Positions 1-12,190 are shown, counted from the stretch's first letter. The stretch is 64,000 nucleotides of DNA from Chlorokybus atmophyticus (GCA_009103225.1 RHPI01001715.1:578099-642098); one strand, 5' to 3'. Notes: generated by a model from the letters alone, not told the origin. Translations and numbers: made by a program.

Positions 1-985
1 AGATAGTTGGTCATCATTGTCATGATGCTGTCTGCGTGTAGCCTTATCAGGGTTGACCAGTCAGCGCTTCTACGGGACACTCAACAAGTTATCCTGACCA
101 ACATCAATACCTGTGGTTAGTTGACTACCAGGGATGGTGGTGAGTGGTGGGGTGTGATTGACTGTCAGTCACACCACGGACCCCGCCAGTCACTTTCCGG
201 TTGGCAGCACTGGCAGATGCAGTTACGAGCTGCAGTTACTGCTGAACACTCGCCTGCTGTGCACTGGAACGGACGTTAGTTCACTTCTCGTTTTGGCACG
301 ACCTCCCCCGACTGATCCGGTGTTCAGGCTGACCGCCAGGCACGTGCATAGTTGTTTCTCCCACGACTGATCAGTCACCAGCGACCTCATCGCGTCAGCC
401 TGATCTGCGGAATGGTGTCATTGTGTGCAGGCTTTGCAAGGTTCAGGCAGGGCGCGCGCATGCTTGGGAAGCAGGTTGCCTTCTGTGCCGTACGACGACG
501 TTCCCTTCCCACATGATGAACACAAGTACTTATGCACAAATGTTAGAGTGTGACGACTGTCCCTTCCCACATTGTGCCCTCAGGAGGAGGTGCGCATGGG
601 GTTAGCTAGTCAAGGCAGCAACTCAGGATTGGCTACAAGCTAGTAGTGGTCGTCCACGGTGCAGTCTGTCGCTCTAGAGGAAAATGTAGAGGATCTGTTC
701 TGCATTAGTGCTGTTGATATTTGTGCTGTCACTGGCAGTACCATCCCTGCCTGTTGGACGACCCTTTGGTCCATGTACGATAAGACCAACATACTCTAGT
801 ACACACAACTCCTCTGCGTACACAGAGTATGGCAATGTTTCTCAGGTACGTGAAGACCTGGGCGTGCGCCAGTGCATTTATTTGGGTGTCGTGTGCTGTG
901 CCTCAAGAGTTGCTTGTGAGCTAAGTTAGCAAGTGTTTGCATGCATGTCAGCAGAAATGTTGTCCATTCCTCCTGTTGTATGCGT
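1..985 (-). repeat. Third, partial and diverged copy of the block-A intergenic region (inverted vs 2240-3050, direct vs 42040-42780)
   Basis: Colinear matches: revcomp of 40-70 GCGCTGACTGGTCAACCCTGA vs 2967 GCGCTAACCGGTCAACCCTGA; ACATTGTGCCCTCAGGA at ~569 and ~42495; AGAAATGTTGTCCATTCCTCCTG (953) vs AGAAATGTTGTCCTTCCCTCCTG (42747). Confidence 0.7.
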
Positions 986-1176
986 GAGGTACCGCACCGT
1001 TGGCAACCAGAGCAAGGAGTGTTTGTCAGCTGTTCTCTCCAATCCACATGCAGCCTTTACATCTGAAAACGACAACAACACCGCATATTGCAAAGTCATG
1101 TATGCTGATGGTGCTGAGAGTGCGCTTAGCATGCTTTTGCGCAGCACTTGCACCTTCTGCGCATGCCTCATGCAAC

Positions 1177-1860
1177 TTATGCTATCACTGTCAGATACAT
1201 GGCCAGATACATGGCTACAGCAAACATAAAGGAAACGTGCTGACTGGCAGTCAGTGCAAGTGAATTGCTGGTTGTCTGCTCAGTGGGCGCCTCCTTGGGT
1301 GATACATCTTCTAGCTGGTGTGGTGGGATGCGTGGGACAACCTGCGGCCTGATGGGTACAGCTGGAGTGATTGGCGCAGTGGGGGCGTGACTAATACATA
1401 TGCGCTTGCTGTTCGGTTGGTTGGTATGTGAGGTAGCCTGACGGGTTCGCTGTTCACCAACATTGGCGGATTGCCCAATATGAAGCGGTCTTGCTGAGTC
1501 ATGACTCATGCTGATCTGCTTTGCTCGTAGCGCTTGCCTGAGGCTGTCAAGCACCACAAGGGCTTCCGTGGCGTTGGCCTGCAGCTCGTGGTCCTCACCG
1601 GCCTTGGCATGGTTGAGGACCTCCTCTATGCCGCGCAGGGTTTTATTCCACTCGCTGTTCACCTCCTCGGCATGCATCGCGGCAGCCGTGTCCCGTGCGG
1701 TGCCCTGTTCCAGGACTGTCTCAATGTACGGCAAGCCTTTGAGGAGGAGGAGTATCTGCGCCTTGTGACTGTACTCGCCATGCTTGTAACCAACCTCCCA
1801 CAGCACGTTTCTTATCTTTGTGACATCATCGACGCCCGACGCCTCAGCATGTTGCGCCAT
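1177..1860 (-). CDS. Uninterrupted ~227-aa hypothetical protein: helical N-terminal half, Pro/Thr-rich tail
   Basis: Open ORF (ATG 1860, MAQHAEAS...); its paralog at 43083-43759 keeps the peptide (SHKAQIL..KGLPYIETVLE.GTARDT) but is disrupted. No recognisable family. Confidence 0.55.
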   Translation of the reverse strand: MAQHAEASGVDDVTKIRNVLWEVGYKHGEYSHKAQILLLLKGLPYIETVLEQGTARDTAAAMHAEEVNSEWNKTLRGIEEVLNHAKAGEDHELQANATEALVVLDSLRQALRAKQISMSHDSARPLHIGQSANVGEQRTRQATSHTNQPNSKRICISHAPTAPITPAVPIRPQVVPRIPPHQLEDVSPKEAPTEQTTSNSLALTASQHVSFMFAVAMYLAMYLTVIA

Positions 1861-3438
1861 CTGTGGCACATGGAAATCGTGTCAAGTCTTAAGTCTTAAG
1901 TCTCGGAGAATTACATATGCATAAGTGGATGGCTGAGCATATCTTGATCACGCTCAGCACACACACACAAACTTGCACTCACGCATACACGTGCCAACAG
2001 GCTATGCGCTATCTCCCACAACGCAACCACTGCCTTGCTGTGTGCACCGCCAGTATGCGCACACACAATGGCATGCGTGTGCGCGTGTACATGCGTGCAT
2101 GTGATGCAATTGCAACGCAAAACAGCGTGCAAAGAGCACCGATCAGCAAGCATCTGCAATGCGTGTTGTTGTTGTCAATCTATATGGGGGTCCACAAACA
2201 ACTGATGTATGCTGCTTGCTCTAGCTGGAACCTTCAGTGCAGTGAAACAGGAGGGAAGGACAGCATTTCGCTTGTGTGCATGTATAAGCAAGGCACCTGG
2301 CATCAACTTGCACAATCAGAAATTCACGTACCGGACCAAAAGGTCGTCAACCAGGCAGGGAGGAGTTGGTCCTACAGGCAGCAGTGACATTAGTAAGCGT
2401 ACCAACAGCACTAACAGACTGATGCAGTGTATCAGAGAGACATAGTGCACCGAGCAACTACCACTAGCCGATAATCACTCCTGAGCTCCTGTCTCGCCTC
2501 TGTGTACCCTGTGCACACCTTTACCTGAGGGCACAATGTAGGGGGCCATGGCAGGTGGAGTCGTTGTGTGCCACACAACGACTCCACTCCGCCGCCCTTC
2601 ACACACCTCCGCTGACCATCATGTCGGTGATGTCACGCACCCTCACACCGTGTGGTATGCAGTCACGTGTGTCACATGACTTTGCACGCCACCAACGCCA
2701 CTGACTGCGGTCAGCCTGAATCGCGAAACTAGTCAGTTAAGGTTTAAGTCAAGTGACGAGACAGATGACTTGACGTTATATGATGTAACGTCAATTATGT
2801 TCAGTGCACGGCAGCAGCTGCTGCTGTGCACTGAACTGCCAGCAGGCGTTAAGCTAACCGAGCTACAGGTGTAGGTGTCGGGTAGTAACTTGGGGCTGCC
2901 AACTTTTTAGCGGCTGGTGTGACTGACTACCAGCCGCTGAAAACACCTCCGTTGATTTTCACGAACGCGCTAACCGGTCAACCCTGACAGAGCTTGGACA
3001 TACGCAGCTGCGTGACAACAACGGCTAACTGACTACTACTTGAGAAGACATTAAGGGTGACTTACTTGATGGGTAGCTGCAGCTTTGGGTGACTTGTACA
3101 TCCTGCAAAGATGTAAATGGCATACGGTCTGCACCACAGACATGAAAACTATGACAATATCGAGGTTACATCCTACAGTCCTTGCAGTGCACGGGGTTAC
3201 AATCCGCTTGCGGACTTACTGGCGTGCTCGAACCTGTTCAAGCACCTGGATTTTGTGCGTGTCGCGTGGTAGTGTCAATGTGTGGCAGCGGACTTGACGT
3301 CAGGCTGGTGCTTGCGGACTTGAGCTTTACGAAGTTGCAGCTGTTGGTTGCCTAGTGTCAAGCTCCAGGAGATTGTTGCCTATTACCATCAGGGCCTGCA
3401 GAATGCGTTAGGGCATCTTGAAGGAAGCCTTAGAGGCT

Positions 3439-4569
3439 ATGCTGGAGCTATGGCACTACAAGCCCTGGGGAGCAGCACTGGCTTGGATCATGTTGTTGAC
3501 TTTGTTACGGGTACCTGTGAAGCGAACAAACTCGCAACAAAGGCTCTGGATGAACATGCTTTGCTGTCTTGCATTTCCACTGGACATGGCTGTCGCACGT
3601 GCACTCCATCACGCCAACTTGTCTTACAATAATGTGGGCGGGTTGGGACATTACCTCTGCGTGGCGTTGATGTGGCTGCTGCCATTGTCGTTCTCCGGTG
3701 TTAGGGTGAGATTGATAGTGCCATCGAGATGGAATGTGCAGATGACGCTGATGGCGATCGTGGCGGCGACGAGTGTGATGGAGGCCGCGTTTCTGAACTG
3801 GACCTTCTTCGCGGGCATTGCGTTGGCTGCGGGTGTAATTGTTACGTGGCAGTGGATGTTGGGTCCCGCTCGCCGGATGGCTGCTCTGGCCGCAGCCATT
3901 GGTTTCATGTTTGCATGCGTGCTGTTGTTGCGCGTTGTTACAGGCGTACAACCGAGTGACTATGGAGGCGGGTCCATGACACAATGCACAGTCGTACACA
4001 GCGTCATCAGGAAGTGGGGGAGAGATGTGCAGGAACGGCAATGCTCGGATATGGAGGCTCTGCATGCTATCGTTAGCATGTTCGCAATGTGGATACCTGG
4101 GCTGAGCTGCGTGTGGGCTGTGTTGAACGAGTTGGATCGCGACCGCTGGGTGAGCGCATACCAACAGGCCGAGCGAGTCCAGCAGGAGCAGCGCGCGCAC
4201 ATGGAGCGAGTGGCTTCCAACTCGCGTGCCATCAACGAGTTAAGGCATCAGCAGCAGGTGTCGGAGTTGACTTTAGCGCATTTGCAGGCTGAAAGGTCAA
4301 AACTTATGTCTCAGAGGCCGTTGGAGATCGCCGAGACAGCTCCTGCGAACATGCAACACCTACAAGACACGGCATATCAATTGACGGAGGACCAGATGAC
4401 CTGCACTTATTGCTTGGCCAGAAGGAGTGTGGTGTTCTACCCATGTGGGCACTGCGTCACCTGCAGGGGATGCAGCGAGAACATCATGAGCACGCCTGCC
4501 AGGACGTGTCCCATCTGCCGATGTGCAATTTACGATGCGCAGAACTTGCATAGACGTGCCTACTTCTAA
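3439..4569 (+). CDS. Multi-pass membrane protein with coiled coil and C-terminal C3HC4 RING (putative E3 ubiquitin ligase)
   Basis: 1.13 kb uninterrupted ORF; several hydrophobic segments; QQAERVQQEQRAHMER coiled coil; CTYC...PCGHCVTCRGC...CPIC RING-HC motif. A 5' exon upstream of 3439 cannot be excluded. Confidence 0.85.
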   Translation: MLELWHYKPWGAALAWIMLLTLLRVPVKRTNSQQRLWMNMLCCLAFPLDMAVARALHHANLSYNNVGGLGHYLCVALMWLLPLSFSGVRVRLIVPSRWNVQMTLMAIVAATSVMEAAFLNWTFFAGIALAAGVIVTWQWMLGPARRMAALAAAIGFMFACVLLLRVVTGVQPSDYGGGSMTQCTVVHSVIRKWGRDVQERQCSDMEALHAIVSMFAMWIPGLSCVWAVLNELDRDRWVSAYQQAERVQQEQRAHMERVASNSRAINELRHQQQVSELTLAHLQAERSKLMSQRPLEIAETAPANMQHLQDTAYQLTEDQMTCTYCLARRSVVFYPCGHCVTCRGCSENIMSTPARTCPICRCAIYDAQNLHRRAYF

Positions 4570-5381
4570 CATAGACGTTGCTGATATTGAGATGTGTACA
4601 TGCATCTGACAGCGCTTGCAAGTTGATGGAGGGTGTCCCTGGTCAGCCCGCGGTGTACATGAGACTGATGCCATGACATACATGCGCGCACGTAAGCATG
4701 CACAAGCGCATGCATGTTCCCATGCCTGGCAACCCACCCACATACGCACACAGGTATGTATGCACGTGCTTACTGCAACAAGGACACATACACTCGCACT
4801 CACGGGCACATAGCGCACAAGTGCGTGCACAGGCCATGCCACCACACGTGTGCAGACACCCAGGGTCCGGGAAACGTCCAAAGGACAATCAGAACATTAG
4901 ACTAGAAACAATCCTGGCTTTACAGAATGTGCGACGACAGTGACCTGTACAATGGATACTACTGTTTAACCCAAGTGCATGCTGTTCCAACGTCAATTAC
5001 CGCGCATTCTCAGCTCACCTTCAAACCACCTGTTTTGGTGGTACGGTGCAGCACAGGCTTTCTCTACGTCGCCCACAGCTTATAAGCAGCCCCTCCTTCT
5101 CCTCCTTGTCCGCTACTGCGGCCTTACCTAAGCAGAGAACAAGTTGCAATGTGAGCGCGACAACGGCTGTGACGTATGTGTGCTGCACTGGCCTTTGCAG
5201 TTGTCAAATTACAGGTTGAATTGCTGAGGGTACAGTTGTCGGTCGCCCAAGGCTGAGCTCTGGACTGCAGCGGCCAGGCGCAAGGGCAGGGTGGGGCAAA
5301 CGCTCAAGGTGCAAGATCATGCTCTCTGGCTGTGGACACGTGTGAGCAACATTATGCGCATGCATGCGACCAGTGCAACAA

Positions 5382-5485
5382 TACCTGTTCACAATGGCTT
5401 ACCACACTGGCCTTGTGCAGGGGGCATGCTGTCAATCACCACAGTTCACCGCAGCATGCTCTCAGCATGCTGCACAATAGCTACC
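5382..5485 (+). repeat. Left arm of a diverged ~105-bp inverted repeat (right arm 6909-7014)
   Basis: Revcomp GGTAGCTATTGTGCAGCATGCTGAGAGCATGCTGCGGTGAACTGTGGTGATTGACAGCA aligns to 6909 GGTAGCTGTAGTGGAGTATGCTTAGTGCATGCTTTGGTGGTACTGTGGTGATCGACAGCA. Confidence 0.7.
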
Positions 5486-5914
5486 CAGTGACAATACTGA
5501 CTATCTCTGCTTAAGCTTTCTGCCTGTGACGCTGTCATCAGTTGCACAATCATGTGTTCACACTTGAGTAGCCAACAACACCAGCGCGCCTCGACTTACC
5601 AGTTGTAGCGACAGTGCCATCCGTATACAACGGTGGTTCTTGCAGTGGTTTGCGAGAGAACTGAAGCAACCACCTTCTAACCTACAGGTAGATTAATAAG
5701 AGGTGCACTGCACGCATGATCCAACACCAGCCTACTACTCTGAGCATGCGTCTGTGCATGCGCGTGCATGTGTGCGTGGGCGTGGGTGTAACTGTGCTTG
5801 CGCATGGGCTCGCACACTTCCACGTGGATGCTTGTGTGTGATGGTTGCAGCTATCAAGCGCTACCCCCTTCTTCACAACAACCTACCTGTTGCTGCTCAC
5901 CCGGACATTCACTG

Positions 5915-6870
5915 CAGGGAGATGACCGCATTGGAGCTGTTGTGCTGCACAATGAAGAACAATAGCATGTGCAAAGACAGCTGAGGCTGTCTTCGTGCAC
6001 CTACGACTGTGTATTTGATGATAGCAATGTCACCTCAGTTGGTCTTATTTCCAAATCTTGCCGCTGGTTAATACTTGAAATATCAGTTGCTGTGTTGAGC
6101 ACGAGCAAGCTTCCAGCGGCATGCACATGCCATTCCTCCTCCCGTTCACCATGTCCTACCGCACGTGAAGTAGATACGTCTTCCGCTGCACACAGTGAAA
6201 CAGCCGCTAACGGAACTCGCCGCCACAGCAACCGGCTAGGCAACGCCGCCGCTGCCGCCGCTGCTTGTTGTTCTGCGGTGTGCGGTGCGGCCAGCTTTGT
6301 GGGAAGCGCAGGGGAGGCGGCGGCGGTGGCGGAGGCGGAGCAGAAGGAGGCGGAGTCTGTGTTGCTTGCTCGTGCTTTGAAGACTCACTGCATGTGCAAC
6401 TGGAGAGCTCGGAAAATACAGGTGGTTGTTGGTTGTGCTGTTGGAACCAGCTTGTGTCCAACCACGTTGTCGCAATCGTCGTCGTTGTTGTATGTGTAGT
6501 TTGTAATGTTAGTAGGAGTAGCAGCAGCAGTACTGTATGGCCAACCCCACTACGAGTTGACATCTCAAAGTGTTGCAGAGGCACAAACTGGTGTCCGTCT
6601 CTTTCACATCTGGATGTGTGAGTGGGTGAGCGTGTGCATGTGGCTGTAGCGCTTCAAGTAGTCAACACACGGTTAGGCCATTATGCGGGTCCAAGCGGAT
6701 CATTGCACCACCATGGTCGTCACTGAAGATCTCGCTGCCGTTGTGTTTCCTCCACGCAGCAGCTTATTGCAGCTAGGCGGGTCATATACTGGTTGACAAA
6801 CAACTAAGTAATCATTACGCGCATGGTACAGTGGCTTGAACTGGTTAGGTGAGGTACGCAGGTGTTTGCT
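5915..6870 (+). pseudogene. Decayed gene remnant (block C), possibly GT92/DUF23 glycosyltransferase-like
   Basis: Exon-like tract after CTGCAG with an in-frame stop (GDDRIGAVVLHNEEQ*...YDCVFDDSNVT); later LRAWYSGLNWLG has the W-x5-WLG spacing of GT92 LxEWxxYHxxLG. Motif resemblance only. Confidence 0.25.
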
Positions 6871-6908
6871 GGCTACCTTCATACGTGAATACTAATAACA
6901 GCTGCTGT

Positions 6909-7014
6909 GGTAGCTGTAGTGGAGTATGCTTAGTGCATGCTTTGGTGGTACTGTGGTGATCGACAGCAAGCTATTTCCTGCACAGGCCATGTGATCAGCC
7001 GTTGTGGACAGGTA
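6909..7014 (-). repeat. Right arm of the diverged inverted repeat (left arm 5382-5485)
   Basis: Same alignment, continuing to GCC(A/G)TTGTG(A/G)ACAGGTA. Confidence 0.7.
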
Positions 7015-7537
7015 GGTACACTTGCACGAGCTGCAAGCTTGTGTAAGATTTTCGCGTTGTTCACCACCACTGCTGTGTGAAGTGGCTTTTCCACTGCACT
7101 TTGGCCATGCGTTAGCAACAGCCTCGCGGTCCCAGGCTTGAACTTCACTTGCGTGTTGTGACGAGCGTGTGTGCTTGTGTTTGTTTCCTATCGTAAGAAC
7201 ACAACAGGCATGCGACGACATCGATGGAGGCAGGTGTGGAGACCTTATGTTGCTGTGGCAAGTGCTATGCTGTGCATGGCAGACTGCCCTGGACAGTGCT
7301 GTGGTGCGATAGTATATTTTCGCTCAATGTTACCGCAGTATGTTAGGGTTCTTCTACCATGGAATAATTTCTCCTCCAAACAACTCCAGCAGAATGGCAA
7401 AGCTGCTACTGGCAGGGCAGCAATAAAGCCAGTCCTAGGCTTTCATGGCAAATCATAATTGGCTCTTCATCAGCCTGAGACCCCCCCCTCCCCCTTCTCT
7501 CTCTCTCTCTCTCCCACGGCAATTCACTCACTTTGCA

Positions 7538-8243
7538 GTGTGCGAGCGGAGGCTACTGCTGTGTCTGCGTGCACGAGTGAGAGAGTGTGGTTGACGACGG
7601 AAACACACACAGAGCAGGGGCTGACTCGGTGAGTATGTGTGTCTGTACATACGCATATGTACTTGTATGGACATGTGTACACATACGTGTATGCCAGCTA
7701 TCCATGTTTGCTTCTAACTATGTTCATTTGCAGCAAGGCATGTTCCATGGGCATCAAAAGAGGCAGCGGCTTCCAGTGCACCTCACCGGCGTGCCCGGAG
7801 CGCAACAGCTGCGGCTTTGATTTTGGATGCAACTGCGGCACTTGCCAAGAGGGATCCATCTACTACGCTGACCCCGAGCGGAATATGCAACAGCTGCTAC
7901 CACAAGTACTACAGCTGCGACCCCAATGCTCCAGCACGGCGCATCCGGCAGGTACGCGCTGCGTTATTGTAATGATCTGCCCAACGGATGGCCTGACTCA
8001 ATCCATGGCGTGTGCGCATGTGTCGTGTCTATGCATCACGCAGCTGCAACTACGACAGGGTATGTCGCGGGGACCCCAAGTCCTGAGAGGGTTTTTGCAA
8101 CAGCACGTGTGCCTCATTCGACTCGAACTATGGGTCGGACCCATCCGACAGCAGCCTCGGATTGCTCCTGGCCTTACAAACCCAACAAGGAGGTTACTTG
8201 CTGCAAGTATAAACGACAACGATGACAGATGCGGGCGCAAGGT
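7538..8243 (+). pseudogene. Cys-rich protein pseudogene (block D1), multi-exon
   Basis: AG/GT-bounded exons encode KACSMGIKRGSGFQCTSPACPERNSCGFDFGCNCGTC, then after a frameshift in a C run GICNSCYHKYYSCDPN, then SCNYDRVCRGDPKS*EGFCNSTC and DCSWPYKPNKEVTCCKY. Confidence 0.55.
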
Positions 8244-9752
8244 GAGCAAGAGTTGCTTCTAAACTGACAGCGGCTCAGTCAAGGACTACTGTTGACGCCG
8301 GTAAGGCACTTCAGCTTCTTGTGGTTTCAATCACATCATTGTCATAACAGTCTTGTTAGGCAGCATGTATAGGAAGTAATGGCAAGGCAGGTAGAAGTGT
8401 AGCAGTAGAGTTGGACGCCTTTAGGACTTTTCGCGTGTGTGTCAGCAGCTGTATCGGTGTTCAGTTGAACGTGTTTTCAATACTGATCTGCAAATATGCA
8501 CGACATCATGTTGGTTTGTTATGGAGTACTTGTGTGCAGAAGAACGTGTTTTGTGAATTACATGTGCGGGATGTGACTTGTTCATGGCTGCAAGCGCGAC
8601 CAACATTATAACTTTGCTGCGGCGCCGCATTGGCATGATGCGTCTGCACTCCCGCACCTTGCTGAGATGCCAAGCTGCATTGCAATAAGCCATCATTTGC
8701 CAGGACAGCTACATCTGCACTGGTCGGTATACATGACCATTACGTTGATCACGTGTACGTAAAACTCAGTCATAGTTGAGAAAAAATTAACAATTTCGCT
8801 ACCAGGGAATCGGAAGGTGTAACAGAACATGTGCTCAGCCCATACGGCAACCAACGCACAAACGCACGCACGCACACATGCATAGGGGATAGCACAGGGG
8901 CCAACAAGCAACCACATGCATGCGCACACGCACATACAGGGACATACGCACGCAGGCGCTTGCACATACGCACATGCAGGCACCATCGCACGCATTGAAA
9001 CACCCTCCCCAGCCAGTTATTACACTACAACTACACCTGAGGGGCTTGCTAACGGTTCTCACTACGTGCAATGCAAGGCAGGGGATGAGGGACTGATGCA
9101 AGCAAGAAACGCTGCGTGTCCCACGTTGGGACTCCCACCTGCAGGGGCGAGGCACAGGTGAGCAAGCTGCGAGGGATGTAGTGGCTGTCAGTGTCAATTT
9201 TCTTCATCACGCATAGGCAGTTCAGCCCGGTGATGCGTGCATTGGCGCGAGGCGAGTGTTTTGTGGTACACAGTGTGGCAAAGCGGTGTGCGGCGAGAGC
9301 AAGTTGAACAAAGAAAGTTTTGAAAAATCACCAGATTTCCCAAAGTCACCTACGTCGCAGTCCAGGTTATGTACGGCGCATCGGCATTGAGTGTTTTGCG
9401 GCCTCATCTCAATCAGATCAACGATCGTTCCACCCCTTAGTCGCGCATGCATACACCGCGGACACATCGACACGTACAGAGATTCATGCATTCGCTCATG
9501 CACGCATGCGCGGGAAAAGTTGACATTGAAAGGGCATACTCTCATTGTTATTCATGCTAACGAGCTTGCATACAAAATTGCCCTGCCAATGGGCTTGAAG
9601 CTATTGGACCTTTGCACCTCAACACTTTACTGACCTCCGTCAACCTCTATACATGCTCTATACACATGTTGTTCCTTCACTAACTCGGTACTGGTTACTG
9701 TTGTGTGTAGTCAGCACCGATACATTAATATTCTCAGCTCTGCGCCTACAAG

Positions 9753-12190
9753 CTACTTACTCGGTGCCGGTGCCAACTCCAACGCAGCCACGCACTCGGG
9801 GTCTGCAAAATTGCACACAGACATCAATGCCCAACACTCAGTGGGCAGTGTGCACAATGCAACCTACTAGGTGCATAGCATGGACCACACACTGGCATAC
9901 ACCACAACAGATGCATGCGTGTGTGCGTGTACCGTAGTAGATGTCAAAATTGGAGTACAGGCTGTAGTAGGAGAGGTCCCCACCCGCAATGAACACCTTG
10001 GGCCCCACGACAACGGTATCGCTGCTTCCCCCAGTGTCGCTACTGTAGAACCCAAATTCATTCATTCATTCAGCAACGACTTCTTTCTACAGCTTTCATT
10101 GAATCACATATAAGAAAGCCGTCACTTACCCGTCGAGCGCAACGAGATGGGTCTTGTAGAGCTCAACGCCCAGGATCAGAGCGTACAGGACAGGGGGGGC
10201 TGCGACAATAGCGTGGGTGTGAGAGTAGGTGACTGGCAGCATGTGTGTATGCACGCATGCACAAGCACACATATTGCCGTATGTTGGCCGCAGCAGAGGG
10301 ACCAACATAAGAGCACAGCTACTCACACGAGTACACGTCGATCTTGAAGTACTTGACGTAGTCGTGGTCGATGGGGCGAATGAAGGTCAGGGTTGGTGGG
10401 GATGTGGAGATGTCGTGGACGGCTAGGTAGGAGCGCTGCCTGTTGTAGTTGATGTGGAGGGTGTACACGCGGCGGTTGACGGTGTCCAGCTGCATCTGCT
10501 CAATGGGCTCAAACGTGCTCCTGAAGTTTCTGAAAAACGTCTGCACCCCACCCAACCTCGTCCTGTTGCCGTACACCCGCGCCCGCCTTATGAAGTTGCG
10601 TATCGAAGGGAGTGTGCCTGAGGTCGCATTCTGCACCCGAGCCGTCCAGTACAGCATAGGAGGTGTGACTGCACACATTGGTGGGAATGGGTATGATGAG
10701 TGTGCGCGTGCGTGTGCATGTGCATGTGTGGGTGTGCGCACGATTCATAGGACACACGTACGCGCATGCATGCGCGTGCTGCCGCGTGCAAGCACACCAA
10801 CACTTACTAGTGGTTACCTGTTGTGTCGACTCTGACGTCACCGCTCTCTTCCAACACCTTCACTTTGTCAGGGAACCAGTTGGCCACCGCGCTGATGGCG
10901 TCGACATCACCCGTGACGAAGGCGAAGCGCTTGCCCTTGAAACCTGCAGGCAGCGGGAAACCACAACACTCATTACTCCTACCATGTAAGGGTGGGAGCA
11001 ATGGCGTGCGTGTAGTGCAGATGCACGTGTGCAACGAGAGTGCTCCCACCCACCCACCCACCCACCCACTCAAACCTAACACCTACCCTCTCTTGCAGCG
11101 GAGTTGTCAATGGCAAACCCAGCGTTTTCAGGGTAGTTCCATCTTGAGTAGGTGAAGACCATTGCAGGGGACAGGCTCCCGGCCGTGGCGGGTGTGACAC
11201 CCCCAGTGGAGACGTTCCCTGCCAGGATGTGCCACTTGTCCTGGAACCGGTCTGCCGTGTTGCCCGTGTTCTCCAACCAGAAGAACTCGTCTGGTATTGG
11301 TACAGAGCAGGGGGGGGGGGGGGGGGGGGNNNNNNNNNNNNNNNNNNNNNNNNNNNNNNNNNNNNNNNNNNNNNNNNNNNNNNNNNNNNNNNNNNNNNNN
11401 NNNNNNNNNNNNNNNNNNNNNNNNNNNNNNNNNNGGGGGGGGGGGGGGGGGGGCGGCGTGAGTACACATACACACAAGCACGTGTACAGGCACGCATGAC
11501 CAACACGTATGCACACGCGGACACGGATGCGCACACATGCATACCTCCAATGACGGACACATGGTAGATGACCTTCTGTTGGGTGTTGACAGCCGTGTAG
11601 AGCGTGACGGGCTGTGGAGCTCCGGGCCCCTGTTGCGTGAGTCAGAACACAGGTGAGAACGTGTTGTGATGTGTGCTGCGTTCATGCATGCGACAATAAC
11701 AACAGCAGCAGCAACACACCTGCACGGCGTCTTGCGCGGGGATGGACTTGATCCTAGTCTGCGTGTACCCTGTGTTGGTTTGGCCTCGGGACTCCTGGAA
11801 CAGCAGGCTCTTGGCACACTCTGCATTGAAGGGGGTCAAGGCATAGTTGCATACATATACACGGGGACATAGAGCACGTGTGTGTTGAGATAGCGGCAGC
11901 ATTGTTAACAATACCTCTTCCGAGCACCCATGTGCTGTCTTGGGCGGTCACTGTCACAAACCACACGTACACATAAGCCCATCAGCCAGTTGAGGAGGAT
12001 GTCACACGTGGTGATGTTTGACTTGCCAGTGCGTGGAACTGTTATGCTGATGAAGAACTCATTCACTCCAACAGATTCAAGCACGCATGTGTGCGCATGC
12101 AGATGCGCTGCATTCCCTACCAGTGGAGGTTGCTGCGCACAGCAACGTCAACAGGAACAGCATGTTGGCGCCGGTTGTTGCGCCCGTCAT
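9753..12190 (-). CDS. Secreted multi-exon protein B1 with YWTD-like motif (putative beta-propeller); one intron contains an assembly gap
   Basis: Signal-peptide exon (MLFLLTLLCAATST) and GT-AG exons that join in frame (ECAKSLLFQESRG; DEFFWLENTGN; NWFPDKVKVL; PPMLYWTARVQ; PPVLYALILG; SDTGGSSDTVVVGPK). Same exon structure as B2. The 3' end is uncertain. Confidence 0.75.
11330..11434. other. Assembly gap flanked by poly-G runs, inside an intron of B1
   Basis: N run with about 20 G on each side. Confidence 0.97.

Larger units (their letters stand above)
1160..4870 (+). repeat. Block A: ~3.7 kb segmental duplication, inverted copy at 40235-43770
   Basis: Continuous reverse-complement similarity across both ORFs, the intergenic DNA and the 3' flank, visible in translations (RING ORF vs 40527-41683; 230-aa ORF vs 43083-43759). 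Confidence 0.93.

Noticed and set aside
8070-8090. In-frame TGA at a Cys-like position as selenocysteine
   Set aside because: The same gene has frameshifts and no SECIS was identified; a pseudogene is simpler.
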